Assembly (NCBI GenBank): GCA_035290025.1
Contig: DATDVL010000060.1
Location: 1 to 24,000, forward strand
Direction: 5' to 3'
Origin: Candidatus Nanoarchaeia archaeon
GTDB lineage: Archaea > Nanobdellota > Nanobdellia > SCGC-AAA011-G17 > DATDVL01
DNA: 24,000 nt
Shown: positions 7,528 through 12,747 of the stretch, piece after piece
How positions within the stretch are numbered: position 1 is the first letter of the stretch
How the letters are laid out: every line of letters starts with the position of its first letter
The notes under the pieces: model-generated
What the model saw: the letters and a program-made list of their open reading frames with translations, nothing else
What the model was told of the DNA's origin: nothing
Database searches by the model: none
Program-made: the position numbers and the translations under genes

Positions 7528-8811
7528 ATGCAGTATATTATCGATTGTCTTGAAGCAATGCCTACAGGTCAGCGTGTTGCTGAAGCGGAAAGTTTGTTTC
7601 ATGCATTTGCTGATGAGAAAGATTGGGAAAGTTCTTTTCCGTATGGTTTCTTGAGAATGGTTTCTGTTTTTAACATGCCAAGTAGGGACTATTGGGAACG
7701 TTTCGTTACAAGTGAAGAATCATTTTTTGGAAAATTACAAGCGTTGTGTGGTGGTTCTTTGCCGCAGGTGTGGTCTGATCATTATCAGCGTTGTTTAAGG
7801 AATAGAGAACATATGCTGGCATTACTAGAGAAGGTGCGAACGCGGGAAAGAACCCCTATGATACACGAAATTCCTCCGTTTATTGATAATTTTGAAGCTA
7901 AAGTAATAGACTGTTATGGTTTGTTCCACGATATCAACGGGTTGCCGATAAGAATTACAGAAGATCGTTTAGGGAGAGGTGGTTATTGCCATGTCTACAG
8001 AGCAAGCATAGGTGATGAAAAAGTAGCGTTGAAGTTGTCTATTCCTAGTCAATTAAAAACTTCATGGGCCTTAGAAGTAAATAACTTCCCGTTAGTATAT
8101 AGATCTATTAGGAAGAATTTGCAGGATCATAGTGGTTTGTTCCAACAGTCACCTTTTGCACGATTGTATCAGACAGTTGGTGGTAAGTATGATATGTATG
8201 CAATATTCATGGAACTAGTTGAGGGAACGGATATGTATACCTTAGTTTCAGAAAATGATAATAGTAACCTAGATGATAAGGTTGCCAAAACAGCTTTTTT
8301 AGTATATGCACAGATGTTATCAACATTGCATAACAAGAGTTTCGTGTTTGGTGATAATAAATTATCAGCAGTTATGATAAGAAATGAAGGAACTTGTTCG
8401 GTAGGTGATAGAACTATTATTCCTGAAGATGTAAGAGTTATTGATTATGACTTTGCTATGCCTCTAGAAGTAATGAACGCAGAGGAAAATAAGCATTTGT
8501 TGCGTATTGGGACCCCACAGTATAGTTCTCGAGAGCAGCGTTTGGCACATTTAACGAGGACGACGATGAGTGATTTGGAGGGTTTTGCTTTGATGTTGGA
8601 TCATTGGTATACAGGTTCTTTATGGAAAGAAGTTTTCAGGGATAATTTTCGTGCTGAAGAAGCTGATAGCATTAATAAGAGAGAATACCCTACCAATCGT
8701 CTCGCTTGTATTCCCGCTCCTCTACAACCTTTGATAAGGGGTGTTCTTGAATATCCGCAAGATGCGAAAATAACAAGTGGTGATTTTGTAACAGAACTGG
8801 AAAGGGTATAA
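7528..8811 (+). CDS. Hanks-type protein kinase-like protein, paralog 2
   Basis: It starts 2 nt after the paralog-1 stop and is collinear with it throughout. Motifs: LGRGGYCHVYRA, VALKLS, FVFGDNKLSAVM, RVIDYDF and GTPQYSSREQ (GTPxYxAPE-like). Confidence 0.7.
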   Translation: MQYIIDCLEAMPTGQRVAEAESLFHAFADEKDWESSFPYGFLRMVSVFNMPSRDYWERFVTSEESFFGKLQALCGGSLPQVWSDHYQRCLRNREHMLALLEKVRTRERTPMIHEIPPFIDNFEAKVIDCYGLFHDINGLPIRITEDRLGRGGYCHVYRASIGDEKVALKLSIPSQLKTSWALEVNNFPLVYRSIRKNLQDHSGLFQQSPFARLYQTVGGKYDMYAIFMELVEGTDMYTLVSENDNSNLDDKVAKTAFLVYAQMLSTLHNKSFVFGDNKLSAVMIRNEGTCSVGDRTIIPEDVRVIDYDFAMPLEVMNAEENKHLLRIGTPQYSSREQRLAHLTRTTMSDLEGFALMLDHWYTGSLWKEVFRDNFRAEEADSINKREYPTNRLACIPAPLQPLIRGVLEYPQDAKITSGDFVTELERV

Positions 8812-8859
8812 TACGCCACGGATGGGATTTGAACCCATACGTCCTTGCGGACACAGGAT

Positions 8860-8870
8860 GTTTACCTAGT
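8860..8870 (-). other. tRNA-Ser intron 2 (11 nt, canonical 37/38)
   Basis: Central helix UUGC/GUAA (one G.U), bulges UAA and ACA, 4-nt loop. The outer helix is the anticodon stem. Confidence 0.65.
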
Positions 8871-8878
8871 TAGCAATC

Positions 8879-8898
8879 TTACGCCATTTTTTAGATGT
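8879..8898 (-). other. tRNA-Ser intron 1 (20 nt, position 29/30, non-canonical)
   Basis: BHB drawn by hand: central helix GCGC/GCGU, 3-nt bulges AGA and AAG, inner helix CAU/AUG. Cutting after bulge nt 2 joins CAG|GA. Confidence 0.65.
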
Positions 8899-8929
8899 CT
8901 GCGCGCTACCAGGTTATGCGACCGTGGCT

Positions 8930-9538
8930 CTAATTTTTAAAAATCAAGAGGTATTTATTTAAATGTTTCGTATTAGAAGAACCGACTAATTTCATCCATT
9001 TTTTAATCATTTTAACACCATTTACACAAATTCTGTAAGTTTGGGTTCTCCTATCAACCCATTGATGAAAACGTAAGTCAAAAGTTGTGAGTAACAAAGA
9101 GACATCATTAATAAGTTTTAGTGAGGAACTGCCGATCTCAATTCGAGGATAATCAACTTTGTCAAACCGTAAACACCCATCAGTATCAAATAAACCACGT
9201 AGAAAATATTTAGAACTTACTGATGATTGTAGAATAACTTCAGGAATCCAAATAATATGACTCTTTTTACCAATAGGCATCTCGTTTTCTAGTAAAAATG
9301 ATGTTAGTCTTTTATCACAGGTCTGAACCCCAATACAACCATTTTTACCTCCGCTTCGATATTTCAAGATAAAGTCTCTTTTAAAAATTTTCTTTAGTAA
9401 CGGCAAAACGTGTAAGTGATAATAACCATATTCTTTTAGATCACCTCGAAGTTCCCAAACAAGTGTGCTATTTACTCTGTATAGAGTCCCATCTCCTACA
9501 TGCATCCCTAATAATTCAGCCTCAAACTTAGATACCAT
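8930..9538 (-). CDS. Free-standing double-motif LAGLIDADG homing endonuclease, paralog 1
   Basis: Motifs LLGMHVGDG and LRGLFDTDG both retain the catalytic Asp. The ORF is open to 9640, but ATG 9538 (MVSKFEAELLG) has a TATA-like ttatatta 24 nt upstream, and the longer form would overlap the rtcA start. GC was about 27-32% in two 60-nt hand counts. Confidence 0.8.
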   Translation of the reverse strand: MVSKFEAELLGMHVGDGTLYRVNSTLVWELRGDLKEYGYYHLHVLPLLKKIFKRDFILKYRSGGKNGCIGVQTCDKRLTSFLLENEMPIGKKSHIIWIPEVILQSSVSSKYFLRGLFDTDGCLRFDKVDYPRIEIGSSSLKLINDVSLLLTTFDLRFHQWVDRRTQTYRICVNGVKMIKKWMKLVGSSNTKHLNKYLLIFKN

Positions 9539-9608
9539 AATGGGTAGAAAGAGAAATTTCTTAATATAATCTTCGGAAGAAATATCGGAAAAATTCCGGA
9601 TAAAATGG

Positions 9609-9616
9609 TTTATAAA
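9609..9616 (+). promoter_or_regulatory. TATA box for rtcA
   Basis: tttataaa ends 23 nt before ATG 9639. Confidence 0.5.
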
Positions 9617-9638
9617 GATAATCCTTCTTAGAGTATGC

Positions 9639-10661
9639 ATGATTACAATTGATGGTACTAATGGTGGTGGTCAGGTGTTGCGTACTGCTTTATCGCTGTC
9701 TGCTATTACACAGCAGCCTTTTTTGCTGCAGAATATTCGTGGTGCTCGTCCGAAGCCAGGTATGGGTGCTCAACATGTGATGGCAGTGAAGGCAGCGAGT
9801 GATATCTGTCATGCTTCTGCGGAGGGTGCTAAGCGAGATAGTATGTCTTTGCGATTTATGCCGGGTAAGATTAAGGGTGGGTCGTTTTCTTGGGATATTG
9901 GTACTGCTGGTTCTACAACGTTGATTTTGCAGACGGTGCTCCCCATATTATTCTATGCTGATGGTCCTTCTAAAATAACCATCAGGGGTGGTACAGATAC
10001 AGAGCATGCGTTGCCGTCGTTGGATGCTCGTGATGTTTTTCTTGATGTGGTATGTCGTATGAATCTAGACGTTGATATGTCTATTGATAGTTTTGGTTTT
10101 TTTCCTAAAGGCCAGGGTCAGATTACTGCTACTATTGTTCCTAATAAAAGATTTTCTGGTGTGCATATATCTAATCGTGGTCTTCCTGAGCGTTTGCAGG
10201 TTACTGCTGTGGTGAGTAAGGATTTGCAGGGAAAGAAGGTTGCTGAGCGTATGGTGCAGGCGTTTATGGAGAAAGTAGTTTGGGTAAATAGTAAAGAAGT
10301 TAAGGAAGATTATGTTACGACTGCTGACACAGGTGGTTTTTTGCATGCACACACGCATTTTACGAATACAGTTTTAGGTGCAACAGTCTTGGCGGAGAAG
10401 AAAAAGTCTGCTGAGCATATTGGTTATGAGGTTGCTGCGTTGTTGAATCAAGAATTAGCGAGTGCTGCAACAGTTGATGGTTATACTGCTGATCAGTTGA
10501 TGGTATATTTTGCTTTGGCAGGTGATGGTAGTTGTAAGGTTCGTGAAATTACTGATCATATGCGTTCAAATGCTGCTGTTATTGAACAATTTTTGCCTGT
10601 CAAGTTCACTTTTGAGAATAATGAATTAAAAGTAAATACTATTAAAAGTGAAAGGGGTTAA
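9639..10661 (+). CDS. rtcA: RNA 3'-terminal phosphate cyclase
   Basis: The N-terminal signature is GGGQVLRTALSLSAITQQPF..NIRGARPKPGMGAQH, and the 340-aa length fits. Confidence 0.88.
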   Translation: MITIDGTNGGGQVLRTALSLSAITQQPFLLQNIRGARPKPGMGAQHVMAVKAASDICHASAEGAKRDSMSLRFMPGKIKGGSFSWDIGTAGSTTLILQTVLPILFYADGPSKITIRGGTDTEHALPSLDARDVFLDVVCRMNLDVDMSIDSFGFFPKGQGQITATIVPNKRFSGVHISNRGLPERLQVTAVVSKDLQGKKVAERMVQAFMEKVVWVNSKEVKEDYVTTADTGGFLHAHTHFTNTVLGATVLAEKKKSAEHIGYEVAALLNQELASAATVDGYTADQLMVYFALAGDGSCKVREITDHMRSNAAVIEQFLPVKFTFENNELKVNTIKSERG

Positions 10662-11310
10662 ACTTAGTAGTATAATCATAAGCGTCCACGCCTTCTGCTC
10701 GTTTTAGGAACTTTACAATTCGGTAAGTAAGTGGTGTTGCTATAATTTCATAAACAACCTTGAGGATATATCCAGAAAGGATTGCAGGTAATAACAAGTT
10801 ATTGGGAAAAACGCCGTAAAATGCTAATATTACAAAAACAGTACTGTCAATTCCTTCTCCCACGATGGTTGAGCCAATAGTTCTCATCCAAAGATGTCTT
10901 CCTTGAGTAAGAAGTTTCATTTTTGCGAGCACAAAGGAGTTTGAAAATTCTCCTAACCAGTAAGCGATGAGTGATGCTAGGGCTATACGAGGTACTAATC
11001 CTAGAATAGTATTATATGCTGTTTGATTCAGCCAGCCCATGGCGGGTGGTAATATACCAACAAGCCAGTAGACAAGTGACATAAGTAATAAAACAAAAAA
11101 TCCTGTCCAAATAATCTTTCTTGATTGTTTATAGCCATATACTTCAGTAAGAACATCTCCAAAAATGTAGGTTAAGGGAAAGACGATAATACCTCCAGAA
11201 ACAATGAATGGACCAATACTGATAAGTTTTGTTGCAACAGTGTTTGATAGCATGAGTAAGGCAACAAATAATGATGAAATAAAGGTGTAATATCTATAGG
11301 ATGACGACAT
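10642..11310 (-). CDS. yhhQ: VUT/DUF165 (YhhQ-like) queuosine/archaeosine-precursor transporter
   Basis: It carries the FPLTYIFGDVLTEVYGYKQSRKIIW motif and multiple TM segments, 222 aa. It overlaps the rtcA 3' end convergently by 20 nt. Confidence 0.8.
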   Translation of the reverse strand: MSSSYRYYTFISSLFVALLMLSNTVATKLISIGPFIVSGGIIVFPLTYIFGDVLTEVYGYKQSRKIIWTGFFVLLLMSLVYWLVGILPPAMGWLNQTAYNTILGLVPRIALASLIAYWLGEFSNSFVLAKMKLLTQGRHLWMRTIGSTIVGEGIDSTVFVILAFYGVFPNNLLLPAILSGYILKVVYEIIATPLTYRIVKFLKRAEGVDAYDYTTKFNPFHF

Positions 11311-11377
11311 AAAAAGTAGGTATAAAATTAGGTTTTATATAGTTTATTAAAAGTAAAAAAGAAATAAAAGGATGTTG

Positions 11378-11620
11378 TTACATCCCACAGCATTTTCTGC
11401 AATTCATGCCTTTCTTTTTGAAGACGTGTCCTGCGACTAAGAGTACCATACCTACTAAGTACCAGATATAGGTCATAAACCATGCTTCATTGCCTGTTTG
11501 CATTATCCATCCTTTAACTAAGAAGAATAGTGCTGCTGCGCAGAGTATGACGCCGATTAGTCCGCTTCCTAAGTTGCACGTACATTGTAGTTCTTCCATT
11601 CTGCTCATTGTTTTTGCCAT
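11378..11620 (-). CDS. Small Cys-rich membrane protein (80 aa)
   Basis: It has two hydrophobic helices and Cys clusters CTC and CRKCCGM at the termini. A strong SD, GGAGGTG (complement of 11630-11636), lies 9 nt upstream of ATG 11620, so the longer track start 11638 is unlikely. Confidence 0.55.
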   Translation of the reverse strand: MAKTMSRMEELQCTCNLGSGLIGVILCAAALFFLVKGWIMQTGNEAWFMTYIWYLVGMVLLVAGHVFKKKGMNCRKCCGM

Positions 11621-11723
11621 AAAGTATAACACCTCCAAAATGTGTTGGTTTTCTTAAGGAAAATTATATTAAAAAGCTTCTGGAGTACTCCGAGGGGGTA
11701 GTTTTTTGCCGATTCCATAAGGC

Positions 11724-11731
11724 TTTTAAAG
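11724..11731 (+). promoter_or_regulatory. TATA box for tRNAi-Met
   Basis: ttttaaag ends 22 nt before tRNA position 1 (11753). Confidence 0.45.
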
Positions 11732-11774
11732 AGTCTGGGGTACATTCATTGCAGCGAGGTAGAACAGCCAGGAG

Positions 11775-11792
11775 ACTTGTAAAAAGCCTGAA
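11775..11792 (+). other. tRNAi-Met intron A (18 nt, D-loop)
   Basis: BHB: outer helix AGC/GUU, bulge AAU, central helix CAGG/CCUG, bulge AGA, inner helix CUU/AAG. Boundaries are good to about 1 nt. Confidence 0.6.
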
Positions 11793-11800
11793 TGTTCGTC

Positions 11801-11823
11801 TCTGTCGTCAACGATGGCGAAAG
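11801..11823 (+). other. tRNAi-Met intron B (23 nt, position 28/29)
   Basis: BHB: central helix UUCG/CGAA, bulges UCU and AGG, and a 6-bp inner hairpin with UCAA loop. It joins UC|GGG. Confidence 0.65.
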
Positions 11824-11827
11824 GGGC

Positions 11828-12643
11828 TCATAGCTGTTGTGAGGCACCCGAATAATAGTCCTGCAAAGGATTCTTCGGGATGGTCGGAGGTTCAAATCCT
11901 TCCCTCGCTATCACTTTTAAGTAGTACTTATTTATCTTTTCTAAATGTTTCGGGCTTTGAAAGTTTAACGTTTCGCACCAATGGTTTAAATTTTCGAAAC
12001 CGGACATTTCTAAACGACTAATAATAGTATAACATTTCTTATTTCGTTTGTCCTTTACCCGATAGTTATAACGTGTAGCCACATTAAACCCAGCATTACG
12101 TAAATAATTAGTAACTTGGTTAATAAGGTAATCTTTTTTCGATGATAATGAAATAACAGGATAATAAGGATAATCCCTGTAACGTTTTTTAAAAGAGATA
12201 CATCCATCAGTGTCGAATAATCCTTGGATAAAATAAGGTATAAGGTCCGGTCTCTCTAAAATTACTAAAGGTATCTGAAGATAGTCATACTTTTTCCCTA
12301 TAGGTAATCCAATAACTTGAGTAAGATAAAGAAATAAGCTTTTTGAATATATTCTAAAACCATAAATAGTCCCTTTTTTATTCTTTTTAAAGAACTGCAT
12401 AGCTGGGCTAATTCCAAAAAGATTTTTGAGAAGTGATCTAATAATCAGGTCATAATAAGATTTCTCATCAATAGGATGCCCAGCACAATGAATAGAGTAT
12501 TCATGTTTATTTTTCCTGTAATGAATGCAGCCATCACCTGTTAAAACACCAATTAAGTAAGCAAGTTCGGGGGTTATAGTTAAAGGAAGAACTAAACCTT
12601 TAGAACGATCAAGTTTTGAAAGAGGAATGTTAAATTGAGTCAT
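11828..12643 (-). CDS. Free-standing double-motif LAGLIDADG homing endonuclease, paralog 2, with antisense read-through into tRNAi-Met
   Basis: Motifs LIGVLTGDG and IQGLFDTDG. It shares PIGKK, GLFDTDGC and a KHLxK..KY C-terminus with paralog 1. GC was about 33% in one 60-nt hand count. The last 27 codons are antisense to the tRNA gene. Confidence 0.8.
   Translation of the reverse strand: MTQFNIPLSKLDRSKGLVLPLTITPELAYLIGVLTGDGCIHYRKNKHEYSIHCAGHPIDEKSYYDLIIRSLLKNLFGISPAMQFFKKNKKGTIYGFRIYSKSLFLYLTQVIGLPIGKKYDYLQIPLVILERPDLIPYFIQGLFDTDGCISFKKRYRDYPYYPVISLSSKKDYLINQVTNYLRNAGFNVATRYNYRVKDKRNKKCYTIISRLEMSGFENLNHWCETLNFQSPKHLEKINKYYLKVIAREGFEPPTIPKNPLQDYYSGASQQL
11833..11845 (+). other. tRNAi-Met intron C (13 nt, canonical 37/38)
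   Basis: BHB: central helix CUCA/UGAG, bulges UAG and GCA. The outer helix is GGG/CCC of the anticodon stem. Confidence 0.7.
11853..11881 (+). other. tRNAi-Met intron D (29 nt, position 44/45)
   Basis: BHB: central helix CCCG/CGGG, bulges AAU and AUG, inner hairpin capped by a GCAA tetraloop. It yields the variable loop AGGUC. The register can slide by 1-2 nt. Confidence 0.55.
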
Positions 12644-12666
12644 ATCAAGTCAAAGAATAATTTTAA

Positions 12667-12674
12667 TTTATATA
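12667..12674 (-). promoter_or_regulatory. TATA box for LAGLIDADG paralog 2
   Basis: tttatata lies 24 nt from ATG 12643. Confidence 0.45.
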
Positions 12675-12689
12675 CATTCTCGGCGCGCT

Positions 12690-12706
12690 TGTCAAGTATG
12701 TCAAGT
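12690..12706. repeat. Tandem direct octamer TGTCAAGT-a-TGTCAAGT preceded by GC-rich CGGCGCGC
   Basis: Exact 8-mer copies lie at 12690-12697 and 12699-12706, in the spacer just upstream of the LAGLIDADG-2 promoter. Confidence 0.6.
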
Positions 12707-12747
12707 GACCTCCTTTTGTGCCTAGAACTGCCGGAAATCTTTCGGTT

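Larger units (their letters stand above)
8814..8928 (-). tRNA. tRNA-Ser(GCU), class II, with two BHB introns (84 nt after splicing)
   Basis: Acceptor stem GCCACGG/CCGTGGC, discriminator G, T-arm ATGGG-TTCAAAT-CCCAT, and long variable arm GTCC-GCAA-GGAC. Removing the two segments creates the anticodon arm CAGGA-TTGCTAA-TCCTG. No CCA is encoded. Confidence 0.8.
11753..11910 (+). tRNA. Initiator tRNA-Met(CAU) with four BHB introns (158-nt gene, 75 nt after splicing)
   Basis: Acceptor AGCGAGG/CCTCGCT (A1:U72), D-arm GAAC-AGCCAGGAG.-GTTC, anticodon loop CTCATAA between GGG and CCC, and T-arm GGAGG-TTCAAAT-CCTTC. Exons: 11753-11774, 11793-11800, 11824-11832, 11846-11852, 11882-11910. Confidence 0.8.

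Noticed and set aside
8841-8852. The GTCC-GCAA-GGAC hairpin in tRNA-Ser could be a third intron, because a similar GCAA-capped hairpin lies inside intron D of tRNAi-Met.
   Set aside because: It has no flanking BHB bulges. Its position and size fit the long variable arm of a class II tRNA, and the discriminator G agrees with tRNA-Ser.
8890-8896. In tRNA-Ser, reading straight on from the D-arm gives an apparent anticodon loop AUCUAAA (anticodon CUA, an amber suppressor) after stem CAGAC.
   Set aside because: No complementary 3' strand (GTCTG) exists anywhere in the gene. The BHB-guided splice joins CAG|GA and exposes a perfect CAGGA-TTGCTAA-TCCTG Ser(GCU) arm instead.
11749-12021. The + strand ORF of 90 aa (MQRGRTARRL...).
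   Set aside because: It is a translation through the tRNAi-Met gene and the antisense strand of the LAGLIDADG gene, and its composition is Arg/Ser-rich junk.
8929-12643. The LAGLIDADG ORFs could be intron-encoded, that is, giant tRNA introns or split tRNA halves.
   Set aside because: Both tRNA genes have complete paired acceptor stems that exclude the ORFs. The far sides of the ORFs abut the rtcA promoter and an unrelated spacer, with no tRNA half.
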